Positions 27,247 to 35,811 of a stretch of DNA of 35,811 nucleotides are shown here, piece by piece. The DNA lies in the NCBI GenBank assembly GCA_035285885.1, contig JAYKJC010000556.1:1-35811 (forward strand). Reading direction: 5' to 3'. The notes under the pieces are model-generated. The model was not told where the DNA came from and did no database searches. It saw nothing but the letters and a program-made list of their open reading frames with translations. The stretch comes from Leptolyngbyaceae cyanobacterium (GTDB lineage Bacteria > Cyanobacteriota > Cyanobacteriia > CAKZMO01). The translations under genes and the position numbers were made by a program. Numbering within the stretch: the first letter of the stretch is position 1; every line of letters starts with the position of its first letter.

Positions 27247-28956
27247 TTGGAGGACTCCTTGACAGTCATCATCGCGGGTGAACGCAGTGGAGTGGGCAAA
27301 ACAACGGTCACCCTGTCGCTCTTGGCCTATCTCTGTCGGCTCTACTCCTCTGGCATTGAATCCAGGTCAATCGTGCAGTCCTTTAAGGTTGGCCCTGACT
27401 ATATCGACCCGATGTTTCATCGTTACGTCACGGGTCGTCCCTGCCGAAATCTTGACCCCATTTTGACCTCAGAAGATTACGTTCAATGCTGCTTTGCGCG
27501 TCATGTGGCAGCGTCAGAGTTTGCCCTAATTGAAGGCGTGATGGGGGTGTTTGATGGCGCATCGGGAGCTGATGATGTGGGGAGTACGGCGCATATTGCC
27601 CGATTGCTCCAGGTGCCCGTGGTGCTGGTGCTGGACTGTAGTCGATTGTCACGCTCGGTGGGGGCGATCGCCCACGGCTTCAAAACCTTCGATCCCTCCC
27701 TTCACATCGCAGGCTGGGTGCTCAATCGAGTGGGGAGCGATCGCCACCTGACCATGCTCCAAGACGCTCTAAAGCCGATGGAAATTCCGATTGTAGGGGT
27801 CATTCATCGAGAAACAGACATCACTCTGCCCGATCGACATTTGGGGTTGGTGCCTACCGATGAGTTGTCCGAGTTGGATGGGATCGTTGATCGGCTGGCG
27901 CAGCTTGGAAAGGATTGCTTTGATTGGGATGTGTTGTTGCCGTTGCTTGCCTGTTCGGCTGATCGAGAAGAAGCAACACGGTTAGATTCTTACATGCGGC
28001 TTGATCCCCCTAAATCCCCCTTAAAAAGGGGGACTTCGAAGGGCGTTCCCCCCTTTTCAAGGGGGGCTAGGGGGGATCATTCCGAGGTGTGGCTTGATCC
28101 CTCTAAATTCCCCTTAACAAGGGGGACTTCAAGCCCGGTTCCTCCTTTTTCAAGGGAAGCTAGGGGGGATCATTCCGAGGTGTGGCTCGATCCCCCTAAA
28201 TCCCCGCGCTTCGCGCCGCTAACGCTAGAAACAAGGGGGACTTCAAGCCCGGTTCCCCCCTTTTCAAGGGGGGCTAGGGGGGATCACGTCACTCGGATTG
28301 CCGTGGCGCGCGATCGCGCCTTTAACTTCTACTATGCTGACAATCTAGAGATGCTGACAGACCTTGGGGCAGAGGTCGTAGAGTGGAGTCCGCTCAGCGA
28401 CATGACACTTCCGCCAGATGTTTCCGGACTCTACCTCGGTGGCGGATTTCCAGAGATGTGTGCGGCTGAGTTGTCAGGTAATTCTCACATGCGAGAAGCT
28501 GTGAATCGCGCGATCGCCGCTGGCCTGCCGACCTATGCTGAATGTGGGGGGTTGATGTATCTGTGCGATACTCTGGTGGATTTTGAAGGAACCCCGTGGC
28601 CGATGGTCGGCATCATTCCGACGACGGTGCGCATGGGAGCGAAGCTGACGCTCGGCTATCGACGGGCGATCGCCCAGCACGACAGTCCGCTCCTTGAACG
28701 GGGAGACACCGTATGGGGGCACGAATTTCATCGGTCTACGCTAGACCAGAATTCCAAGACGCCTTTCTACGAACTGCGGGGCTATTCTCCTGATCGTCCA
28801 ACGGTTCTAGAGGGGTGGAGCCTGCCCAATCTCCATGCTTCTTACGTTCATCTGCATTGGGGCGATCGCCCCGACATTCCCCAACGTTTTATTACTCATT
28901 GTCAAATCTGGGCGTCCCGGTTGTCTAATGGGGCAACTCCGGTTGAGAATGGGTAG
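27247..28956 (+). CDS. cbiA: Cobyrinate a,c-diamide synthase, carrying a 96-codon repeat insertion
   Basis: N-terminal AGERSGVGKTTVTLSL and GPDYIDPMFH. C-terminal glutamine amidotransferase motifs YAECGGLMYLC and GHEFH. TTG start. At 569 aa it is about 96 residues longer than I expect for this family. Confidence 0.85.
   Translation: MEDSLTVIIAGERSGVGKTTVTLSLLAYLCRLYSSGIESRSIVQSFKVGPDYIDPMFHRYVTGRPCRNLDPILTSEDYVQCCFARHVAASEFALIEGVMGVFDGASGADDVGSTAHIARLLQVPVVLVLDCSRLSRSVGAIAHGFKTFDPSLHIAGWVLNRVGSDRHLTMLQDALKPMEIPIVGVIHRETDITLPDRHLGLVPTDELSELDGIVDRLAQLGKDCFDWDVLLPLLACSADREEATRLDSYMRLDPPKSPLKRGTSKGVPPFSRGARGDHSEVWLDPSKFPLTRGTSSPVPPFSREARGDHSEVWLDPPKSPRFAPLTLETRGTSSPVPPFSRGARGDHVTRIAVARDRAFNFYYADNLEMLTDLGAEVVEWSPLSDMTLPPDVSGLYLGGGFPEMCAAELSGNSHMREAVNRAIAAGLPTYAECGGLMYLCDTLVDFEGTPWPMVGIIPTTVRMGAKLTLGYRRAIAQHDSPLLERGDTVWGHEFHRSTLDQNSKTPFYELRGYSPDRPTVLEGWSLPNLHASYVHLHWGDRPDIPQRFITHCQIWASRLSNGATPVENG
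28000..28287. repeat. Three tandem in-frame copies of a palindromic 93-nt unit inside cbiA
   Basis: Units begin at 28000, 28093 and 28186. The elements are bounded by GATCCCCC...GGGGGATC (28003-28078, 28096-28171, 28189-28285). The internal hairpins are CCCCCTTAAAAAGGGGG and CCCCCCTTTTCAAGGGGGG. Confidence 0.85.
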
Positions 28957-29010
28957 GCGAGAGAACCCCATCGTGCTCTCAGCAACGTTAGGATTATAGC
29001 GATGTGCATT

Positions 29011-29070
29011 CGCATTAAGCACAGGCACAGTTGTGTGGGGCGCGGTGCGCCTCACACAACTGTCCTTAAC
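29011..29070. repeat. Hairpin repeat, family C copy 3
   Basis: CGCATTAAGCAC-AGGC-ACAGTTGTGTG..CACACAACTGT-CCTTAAC is the reverse complement of the architecture at 10574-10633. It begins 55 nt after the cbiA stop. Confidence 0.7.
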
Positions 29071-29128
29071 CTCAGCGCACAGCGCTGTAATTCAATTTCA
29101 GGTTAATTTTCAGATTAAGGACAGCGAA

Positions 29129-30562
29129 GTGAGTCAAGCATTCGATTACGACGTAGTCATTTTAGGAGCAGGTGTTGGAGGCCACGGAGCCGCACTTCAT
29201 GCCGTTGCGTGTGGTCTGAAAACCGCAATCATCGAAGCAGCGGACATGGGAGGCACCTGTGTCAACCGGGGGTGCATCCCATCAAAAGCACTCTTAGCCG
29301 CTTCAGGACGAGTGCGAGAACTACAGGACGCTGAGCATCTGAGTGCGTTGGGCATTCAGGTAGGAGGCGTTGGTTTTGATCGAGCGGCGATCGCCACACA
29401 CGCTGGAACCATTGTTGACAAGCTGCGGGGCGACCTGACCAACAGCCTGACCCGGCTTAAGGTGGATGTGATTCGCGGGTGGGGCAAAGTTGCAGGCCCA
29501 CAAAAAGTTACCGTAGACACGGCAGACGGCGAGCGGGTGCTGACGGCGAAAGACATCATTCTTGCGCCCGGTTCCGTTCCGTTCGTTCCCCCTGGAATTG
29601 AGTTGGATGGCAGAACCGTGTTCACTAGCGATGATGGGGTCAAGCTCGATTGGCTTCCTGAATGGGTCGCCATCATCGGTAGCGGATACATTGGCCTCGA
29701 ATTCTCCGATGTTTACACCGCCCTGGGCAGCGAAGTCACAATGATTGAGGCTCTGGACAAGCTAATGCCAGGGTTTGATCCCGACATTGCGAAGCAGGCT
29801 CAACGGGTTTTGATTGCGCCTCGCGACATCGAAACTCGGGTAGGGATACTGGCGAAAACGGTGAAGCCGGGATCGCCCGTGGTGATTGAGCTAGCGGATG
29901 CCAAAACGAAGGAAATTGTCGAGGTTCTGGAAGTTGACGCGTGCCTCGTTGCTACCGGACGGATTCCCGCAACGAAGAACCTGGGATTAGACGCGGTGGG
30001 CGTTGAAACCGATCGTCGGGGATTCATTGCAGTCAATGATCAGATGGCGGTTCTGCTCGACGGTGAGCCCGTTCCTCATTTGTGGGCGATTGGGGATGCC
30101 ACTGGAAAGATGATGTTGGCCCATGCCGCCTCAGCCCAAGGCATCACGGCAGTGGAGAATATTATGGGGCGATCGCGTGACATCGATTACCGAAGCATTC
30201 CCGCTGCTGCATTCACCCATCCTGAGATCAGCTTCGTGGGCATGACGGAGCCTGCGGCGGCAGAATATGCAAAAGAACATGGATTTGAAATTGCCTCGGT
30301 GCGCTCCTATTTCAAAGGCAACTCCAAGGCGATCGCCGAAGGCGAAACCGAAGGACTCGCAAAGGTGATTTATCGAAAAGACACAGGCGAAGTCCTGGGC
30401 GCACACATCATCGGTCTGCACGCGTCTGACCTCATTCAAGAAGCGGCCAATGCGATCGCTGAGCGTCGATCCGTGAATGAGCTGGCCTTCTCTGTTCATA
30501 CCCATCCAACGCTGTCTGAGGTGTTAGATGAAGCGTATAAGCGAGCACTCACGGTTCATTAG
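29129..30562 (+). CDS. lpdA: Dihydrolipoyl dehydrogenase
   Basis: FDYDVVILGAGVGGHGAA FAD motif, redox-active GGTCVNRGCIPSK, and the C-terminal HTHPTLSE interface motif. GTG 29129 was chosen because the track start at 29033 reads through the family C repeat. Confidence 0.9.
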   Translation: MSQAFDYDVVILGAGVGGHGAALHAVACGLKTAIIEAADMGGTCVNRGCIPSKALLAASGRVRELQDAEHLSALGIQVGGVGFDRAAIATHAGTIVDKLRGDLTNSLTRLKVDVIRGWGKVAGPQKVTVDTADGERVLTAKDIILAPGSVPFVPPGIELDGRTVFTSDDGVKLDWLPEWVAIIGSGYIGLEFSDVYTALGSEVTMIEALDKLMPGFDPDIAKQAQRVLIAPRDIETRVGILAKTVKPGSPVVIELADAKTKEIVEVLEVDACLVATGRIPATKNLGLDAVGVETDRRGFIAVNDQMAVLLDGEPVPHLWAIGDATGKMMLAHAASAQGITAVENIMGRSRDIDYRSIPAAAFTHPEISFVGMTEPAAAEYAKEHGFEIASVRSYFKGNSKAIAEGETEGLAKVIYRKDTGEVLGAHIIGLHASDLIQEAANAIAERRSVNELAFSVHTHPTLSEVLDEAYKRALTVH

Positions 30563-30710
30563 TTGTTTCAGTAGTTAAGCCATCAACTGGCTGAATAGAA
30601 CCTGTCATACTCAAGTAGAGATTCTCAAATAGAGATGTTACTGGCGGTGCCCATTCCGCTTTCATCCTCGGAATCCGCATCGCTAGTTGCTAGACCTGTT
30701 GCCGTAGCCT

Positions 30711-31595
30711 ATGCAAATTCGTCGTCGTCCTCCCAATCCGAAGATCAAAGTTGCGAACCTTTCATTCAAAGCCAACATCGCTGACGATCAGCCCAACAAT
30801 ATCCTCGAAGAAATTGTTTGGCATAAAGAAACCGAAATTGATCGTTGGCGCAACAAGCTTACGCTGGCTGAGTTGCAGCATCAGGTTCAATCGGCTCCTC
30901 CAACCCGCGATTTCCTAAACGCCTTGCGCCAGGGAGCGTCCCATCCGGCCATCATCGCTGAAGTCAAGAAAGCATCACCCAGCAAAGGCGTGATTCGAGA
31001 AGATTTCGACCCTGTGGCGATCGCCCAGTGTTACGCAGCCAATGGAGCATCCTGCATTTCTGTGTTGACAGACGAGAAGTTTTTCCAGGGAAGCTTCGAC
31101 TATCTGGCTCAAATTCGTCAGGTTGTTGACATTCCGCTTTTATGCAAAGAGTTTATTCTCTATCCCTATCAGATGTATCTCGCTCGTGCGCGAGGGGCCG
31201 ATGCGGTTCTCCTCATTGCTGCAATCTTGTCAGATAAAGATCTGCACTATTTCATGAAGATTGCAACGTCGCTGGGCCTCACTCCCCTTGTAGAAGTGCA
31301 TACCTTAGAGGAATTTGATCGGGTGCTTGCTCTGGATGGCATTCAGCTCATCGGGATCAACAACCGAAATCTGCAAGATTTCTCCGTAGACCTAAAAATT
31401 ACCTGTGACCTTTTAGATCAGCGGAAGGATGTGATTCAATCAAAGGGCATTCTAATTGTCAGTGAGTCAGGACTGCACACCCCTGATGATTTGAGTCAGG
31501 TCGCTGGAGCAGGGGCTACCGCCGTACTAATGGGTGAGTCACTCATGCGACAGGCTGATCCCGGTGAGGCTCTCGCAGCGCTGATTCACACGTAG
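30711..31595 (+). CDS. trpC: Indole-3-glycerol phosphate synthase
   Basis: ILEEIVWHK..., [34 protein letters not shown] and GINNRNL are typical TrpC motifs. Confidence 0.9.
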   Translation: MQIRRRPPNPKIKVANLSFKANIADDQPNNILEEIVWHKETEIDRWRNKLTLAELQHQVQSAPPTRDFLNALRQGASHPAIIAEVKKASPSKGVIREDFDPVAIAQCYAANGASCISVLTDEKFFQGSFDYLAQIRQVVDIPLLCKEFILYPYQMYLARARGADAVLLIAAILSDKDLHYFMKIATSLGLTPLVEVHTLEEFDRVLALDGIQLIGINNRNLQDFSVDLKITCDLLDQRKDVIQSKGILIVSESGLHTPDDLSQVAGAGATAVLMGESLMRQADPGEALAALIHT

Positions 31596-31703
31596 GGTTG
31601 AGTGCGGCACCGCAGACCCAGTGCGCACCGCCTCGTCCCAAAAGCGACTCCTCACGCATCACACCTTATTCATTCGCAACTAACATCTGTATAGACATTA
31701 ACT

Positions 31704-31943
31704 ATGGATCGACTGCCCCTCCCTTCGCATATTCACTATGAATCACTGCTCCAAATTTTAGAGCAACAAACATTATTTGCTGTGGGCAATAGTGCGCCTC
31801 AGCGCCAACAGGTTCAGGAGTTAATTGCCACGCTTCGTAAAGCCCTCTCTCAACAAAAACAGTTGGAAAGTAGTTGCGATCGCGCACAGATCCCCATTGA
31901 CTACCGATGGTCGCTGACTGAGCAGGTTCCGCCCTCGAAGTGA
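31704..31943 (+). CDS. Hypothetical small protein (uncertain)
   Basis: 79-aa ORF competing with an antisense 93-aa ORF (31702-31983). The plus-strand product looks more protein-like (helical, Gln-rich), but nothing else supports it. Confidence 0.3.
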   Translation: MDRLPLPSHIHYESLLQILEQQTLFAVGNSAPQRQQVQELIATLRKALSQQKQLESSCDRAQIPIDYRWSLTEQVPPSK

Positions 31944-32074
31944 CGTCACCGGACTCATCGAATTTGCTCACATTAAGTGACACACATTGAGGTGCTGCGA
32001 ATCAAAGGGGATCGTGACACACACTGAGTTTTTGTCGATATGATGAGCAAAAGGACACAAAGGGAGATGTTGCG

Positions 32075-32356
32075 ATGTGTATCTGTGTGAACTGCCACTA
32101 TGTCGATCGCTGCACGACATACCATGCCGTTGAAACCAACCATCAACAGCCTCATTTGACGGATCATCCAACCTTTGAAGCGGTGAACCCCGTCATTAAT
32201 GCAAACATTCAGCCTCCGACCGTACGTGTTGAGGGCGATCGCATCGTTCAGGATGGCGATTTTGGCTTTGAGTATGACGTTGTTGGCTGCGATAGCTTCA
32301 AGGAAGAGATGGGCAAATGGGCTCGTTTACGCCCAGGAGAAATGGTGCCCACCTAA
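32075..32356 (+). CDS. ycf34: Ycf34 (cyanobacterial/plastid conserved Cys-rich protein)
   Basis: MCICVNCHYVDRCTTYHAVE is the signature N-terminus of Ycf34, and the length is about 90 aa. Confidence 0.8.
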   Translation: MCICVNCHYVDRCTTYHAVETNHQQPHLTDHPTFEAVNPVINANIQPPTVRVEGDRIVQDGDFGFEYDVVGCDSFKEEMGKWARLRPGEMVPT

Positions 32357-32634
32357 CGTGATGAAGTTGGTAAGTAGGTAGGCTGAATCTTCTATGGGAT
32401 GGGTATAGCCCAAAGGGCATTCAAGAAAAGCGATAGCGTAACCCCTGCTGACTTTGGGTTTCGTTCCTCAACCACAACCTACGCCATCTGAAGTTTAGTA
32501 ACGCCCACATGCTTTAAAGAAGCGATGGGATAAGTCAAGCAATCGAAAACTAGGTCCAGAAGACTCAATCCAGGAGATCTAATCAAGACAGTTCAATCGA
32601 GATAATTCAGTCAAATATTCAACCAAATATTTAA

Positions 32635-33465
32635 CTAGGCACCTACAGACTCCGACGAGGCTCCTGAACTAACTCGTGGGAAAAAATATCCACGACCTCG
32701 ATCGGTGTGAATGAACTCTGGGTTACCCGGATCATCTTCAAGTTTTGCCCGCAGTCGAGAAATATGAACATCCACAACCCGCAGGTCAGTATGACGGCTG
32801 GGCGAGTAGCCCCATACCTCTTTCAAAATATCGGCACGGGGGACAGATTCTCCAGGGCGACTCACCAGGAGTTGAAGTAAGTCGAATTCAATTCCGGTTA
32901 AGCGAATGCGCTTTCCTTTCGCGTAGACCTGGCGCTTATTCAGCTCAATCCTCAAATTACCCGACTGGATGACACCTGCTCCCGTATCTCCACTGCCATT
33001 GCGAACGCCACTGTTGTTTCCATCGACTCTCCGCAGAATCGCCTTGATACGGGCTTCCAATTCTTTAGGAGAAAAAGGCTTGGCTAAGTAATCATCCGCT
33101 CCCATTTCTAATCCCGTGATGCGATCGGCAATTTCGCCCAGTGCCGTCAGCATAATAATAGGAACATCTGTTTTCTTGCGGAGTTCTTGACAGACTGAAT
33201 ATCCATCGAGCTTCGGCATCATCACGTCAAGAACAACGAGGTCAGGCTCTTCTTCTGCAAAGACCTGAAGTGCTTCTTCTCCATTCGCCGCAACTACGAC
33301 GTCGTAGCCTCCCATCGAGAGACGTGTTGCCAGAATTTGACGAATCGCATTTTCGTCATCGACAACCAGTATTTTTCGATTCCCTTGGCCCGTCAACTTA
33401 CTTATCACTCCCTTCTTCAGAATTGGCAGCAACGATGCAGTTACTCCAACTGGTGTCATCATCAT
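32635..33465 (-). CDS. rpaB: OmpR-family response regulator, RpaB (Ycf27)-like
   Basis: ILVVDDE...PDLVVLDVMMPKLDGYSVCQELRKKTDVPIIMLTALGEIADRITGLEMGADDYLAKPFSPKELEARI together with the winged helix RVVDVHISRLRAKLEDDPGNPEFI closely resembles RpaB as I recall it. The start is uncertain: ATG 33465/33462/33459, or a downstream TTG/GTG. Confidence 0.75.
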   Translation of the reverse strand: MMMTPVGVTASLLPILKKGVISKLTGQGNRKILVVDDENAIRQILATRLSMGGYDVVVAANGEEALQVFAEEEPDLVVLDVMMPKLDGYSVCQELRKKTDVPIIMLTALGEIADRITGLEMGADDYLAKPFSPKELEARIKAILRRVDGNNSGVRNGSGDTGAGVIQSGNLRIELNKRQVYAKGKRIRLTGIEFDLLQLLVSRPGESVPRADILKEVWGYSPSRHTDLRVVDVHISRLRAKLEDDPGNPEFIHTDRGRGYFFPRVSSGASSESVGA

Positions 33466-33668
33466 GAGCGCACTGCCGCATAGGATGCCTATACAGCGGC
33501 ACCGCAACACTAATTCAACATTGTGAAATGTTTTTTAATATCCTGTTATGGGTAATCATAACAAAGGATATCCGTGCTGTTCACGTCTTGCCGAAAAATT
33601 GGTGGATTGTCTCTCCAAATCTTTAGCCGTTAGGCAGATGCAAAATGGCTGATTCTAGGGTTTCCTCG

Positions 33669-34103
33669 TCATCGATGATAGTTAGTATTTTGGTTAATGG
33701 CTTTTGCCCGGTAGAGTTGTTCGATCAGCATGAGACGAGCAAGCTCGTGAGGAAAGGTCATGGCAGAAAGGCTCAGGAGGTGATGAGCCTGCGATTTAAG
33801 GGACGGTGCGATACCGTCTGGCCCACCAATGACAAAAATGAGTGACCCAGAATCGGCCTTCGCAACCATTGACGCGAGTTGAACAGAGGAATGGGATTGG
33901 CCTTCTTCGGTTAGGACAATGAGGCGATCGCCACTTTTCACGTAAGTCAGAATCTTAGACGCCTCACTTTCTGGATTTGAATCCTTGATCTCGATCACCG
34001 TCAGTTCAGGCAGTCTTTTCGTATACAGCTCAATGCCCTGCTGAATCCACGTTTTTTTAATTTTTCCGACTGCAATTAACGTCACCTTTGGAAAACTCTG
34101 CAT
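33669..34103 (-). CDS. rlmH: 23S rRNA (pseudouridine1915-N3)-methyltransferase
   Basis: SPOUT fold of about 145 aa: KVTLIAVGKIKK..., IGGPDG, LSLSAMTFPHELARLMLIEQLYRA. ATG 34103 was chosen because the longer track ORF reads through a palindromic repeat. Confidence 0.85.
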   Translation of the reverse strand: MQSFPKVTLIAVGKIKKTWIQQGIELYTKRLPELTVIEIKDSNPESEASKILTYVKSGDRLIVLTEEGQSHSSVQLASMVAKADSGSLIFVIGGPDGIAPSLKSQAHHLLSLSAMTFPHELARLMLIEQLYRAKAINQNTNYHR

Positions 34104-34147
34104 CGTTCTCAACATACCCGTCAACATACCCGACTGGGTCAAGTTTA

Positions 34148-34200
34148 CGAAGGAATAAAGGTTTTGGGCGCGCACCGCGCCCAAAACCTTTATTCCTTCG
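34148..34200. repeat. 53-nt perfect palindrome (24-bp stem) flanked by 15-nt direct repeats
   Basis: CGAAGGAATAAAGGTTTTGGGCGC-GCACC-GCGCCCAAAACCTTTATTCCTTCG. The direct repeat CAACATACCCGACTG lies at 34122-34136 and 34230-34244, with a partial copy at 34110-34120. Confidence 0.75.
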
Positions 34201-34303
34201 TTATGGATTTGAGAACTTTGCCAAGTCATCAACATACCCGACTGATTGCCTGACGTTGTCCGACCTTATCCGACTGACATCCGACCGAGCCGCTGATTAG
34301 GGT

Positions 34304-35284
34304 GTGGAAGACAACATCGGAGCGTTCATTATGATTGCTATCCAACCCTATCAGAATCAGTCCGTCGATCGTGCAGGCTCGGTTTCCCTCCAGCCAACCT
34401 TTGCCCAGACCTATCAACGCATCCAGCGCCTCGTTCATCATCACCTGGCATTTGAGACCTTAAATGAGCGACTGGCCGATTTACCCCACCAATTTAATAG
34501 CCCCAAGCCTCGTCCCTGGGAGGCCATTGACTGGCATCACATTCATCCCTCTCAAGTGATTGGCGTTGATGTTTCTGTGTTCTGTGCCTTGTTGGTTGGT
34601 GCGTTGGATACAGAAGCCCCCATTCGAGGCTACACCCAAACCAGTCGCCGCTATCTAGAAACGTTGCACCCTGAGATGGCGACCTTCGTCGGAGGCACCG
34701 TCCAGCCTGATGGAGCTTTAATAGAACCCGGATTGTGGGAGAAAGAAGAGCGGCAACACACTCCAGCCCTTCTAAAAGTCTATCTACAGCTCACTGGGGA
34801 AAGCATCAAACCCTCCCTGAGAGTGGTTCGAGCGTATTGTCCAACGGCTAATCCGCGCTCAGATCTCTATCGTCACGGGGTTCACCGTATTGCAACTGAG
34901 TATGGCGCAACGTGTCTCTATCTGTGGATGATTGCTCATTCAACCGGGCCACTTCAAGCTGTTTTTGAAGAACTGCTGATGGATGAAATCAATCACATGA
35001 CGAAGTTCTGGGGATTTGGCACCTGGGCCTATCCTGAAGCACGCTGGTGGAAAACGGGATACCTCCTTCTGAGAACCATGCGACACAAGAACGATCCCCA
35101 TAACAGTTTGTTTCGCACCTTAAAACGAATGGCAGCGGTGTTGAAGTGGTCAGACTGGTCGTTGATCAATCGTTGCTCATTTGCGATCGCCTGCCTGGTC
35201 GTACTACACCGAATGTGGGCTTGGAACCGTCGCTTGAGTCGGGAATGGCTAACTGATTTGTTTGGAGCTGTAAACAATGCCTAG
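34304..35284 (+). CDS. Ferritin-like diiron protein (acyl-ACP-desaturase-like motifs)
   Basis: Two E..H-type motifs, EKEERQH and MDEINH, resemble the EENRH / DEKRH diiron ligands of soluble desaturase-like proteins. Start is GTG 34304 or ATG 34331. Confidence 0.6.
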   Translation: MEDNIGAFIMIAIQPYQNQSVDRAGSVSLQPTFAQTYQRIQRLVHHHLAFETLNERLADLPHQFNSPKPRPWEAIDWHHIHPSQVIGVDVSVFCALLVGALDTEAPIRGYTQTSRRYLETLHPEMATFVGGTVQPDGALIEPGLWEKEERQHTPALLKVYLQLTGESIKPSLRVVRAYCPTANPRSDLYRHGVHRIATEYGATCLYLWMIAHSTGPLQAVFEELLMDEINHMTKFWGFGTWAYPEARWWKTGYLLLRTMRHKNDPHNSLFRTLKRMAAVLKWSDWSLINRCSFAIACLVVLHRMWAWNRRLSREWLTDLFGAVNNA

Positions 35285-35309
35285 CACCTCTGGATTGGAG
35301 ACACACACC

Positions 35310-35811
35310 ATGCTGAATCCGTCACCTTCTTTCGATTTAACTGAATTACCGTTGTATGAATTACCGCTTAACGACTGCTCTCTAGATGAGCTACCGACCG
35401 ACTTGATCCCAGCCGCACTGCCCCGCCATGTCGCCATCATTATGGATGGCAATGGTCGCTGGGCTACCCAGCAAGGCTTACCCCGGATTGTGGGACATCG
35501 ACAGGGGGCGGAACGGGTAAAAGACCTGCTGCGCTGCTGTCGAGACTGGGGAATTCCGGCATTAACGGTGTATGCGTTTTCTACAGAAAACTGGAAACGC
35601 CCCTTGCAGGAAGTTGATTTCTTGATGGCGCTCTTTGAGCGACTTCTGCGAAAAGAACTCGCGGATATGCATCGAGAAGGGGTCAGAGTTCGATTTGTGG
35701 GGCATTTATCGGGATTGCCAGACACCTTGCGCAGGGTGATGGAAGAAGCGATGACCCTAACGGCTGATAATCGAGCGGTGCAGTTCAATGTGGCAGTGAA
35801 CTATGGGGCGC
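35310..35811 (+). CDS. uppS: Isoprenyl transferase / undecaprenyl diphosphate synthase (3' end outside the window)
   Basis: My own translation from ATG 35310 gives MLNPSPSF...[38 protein letters not shown]...[24 protein letters not shown] and FSTENWKRP are UppS signatures. The gene is absent from the ORF track because it has no in-window stop; the listed antisense ORF 35249-35788 is its shadow. Confidence 0.85.
   Translation, partial: MLNPSPSFDLTELPLYELPLNDCSLDELPTDLIPAALPRHVAIIMDGNGRWATQQGLPRIVGHRQGAERVKDLLRCCRDWGIPALTVYAFSTENWKRPLQEVDFLMALFERLLRKELADMHREGVRVRFVGHLSGLPDTLRRVMEEAMTLTADNRAVQFNVAVNYGA

Noticed and set aside
28000-28287. Possibility that the 93-nt repeats are a CRISPR array
   Set aside because: The 17-nt 'spacers' are nearly identical to each other, the array lies inside an intact ORF, and no cas genes are present.
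29033-29128. N-terminal 32-codon extension of the lpdA track ORF
   Set aside because: It is translated from the family C hairpin repeat. GTG 29129 gives the canonical start ..SQAFDYDVVILGAG.
32500-32634. Recurrent (T/C)CAATC-like strings downstream of the rpaB-like gene
   Set aside because: The spacing is irregular, the motif is short, and the AT-rich context makes chance recurrence likely.
35249-35788. 179-aa minus-strand ORF from the track
   Set aside because: It is the antisense shadow of the plus-strand uppS gene, whose translation contains [13 protein letters not shown] and FSTENWKRP. The minus-strand product is Ser/Arg-rich and low-complexity.

Overview
This is about 36 kb of chromosomal DNA that looks cyanobacterial. 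By eye I count more than 40 copies of the HIP1 octamer GCGATCGC, and the window carries cyanobacteria/plastid-lineage genes (thf1, pcyA, ycf34, an rpaB-like regulator). The content is mainly housekeeping. It includes a STAS protein, thf1, panE, a cobalamin riboswitch with cobW, a DUF4346 protein, two tandem sulfotransferase paralogues, a Ser/Thr kinase and pcyA. It also includes a PAS histidine kinase, a CNNM/CorC transporter, one tRNA(CAU), two alpha/beta hydrolases, a cobalamin-binding PBP-like protein, isoaspartyl peptidase, accD, ispF and a PHP phosphoesterase. The remaining calls are cbiA, lpdA, trpC, ycf34, the response regulator, rlmH, a diiron protein and a 5'-partial uppS. The uppS runs off the right edge and is missing from the ORF track. 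I saw no CRISPR array, transposase, integrase, reverse transcriptase, phage genes or recognisable defence or toxin-antitoxin modules. I cannot honestly name a novel multi-gene system here. The most unusual signals are at the repeat and RNA level. (1) A palindromic 93-nt unit is triplicated in frame inside cbiA. (2) Two MITE-like families occur, one nested in the other with a 9-bp target-site duplication, and their copies differ by compensatory stem changes. (3) A 60-nt hairpin repeat sits at gene 3' ends. (4) A lipoprotein gene is split by a frameshift near G/C runs. (5) A low-GC segment carries duplicated sulfotransferase genes that each keep their own promoter. (6) Several short tandem arrays lie in long intergenic regions. 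All functional calls rest on motifs I recognised by eye; no database search was run.
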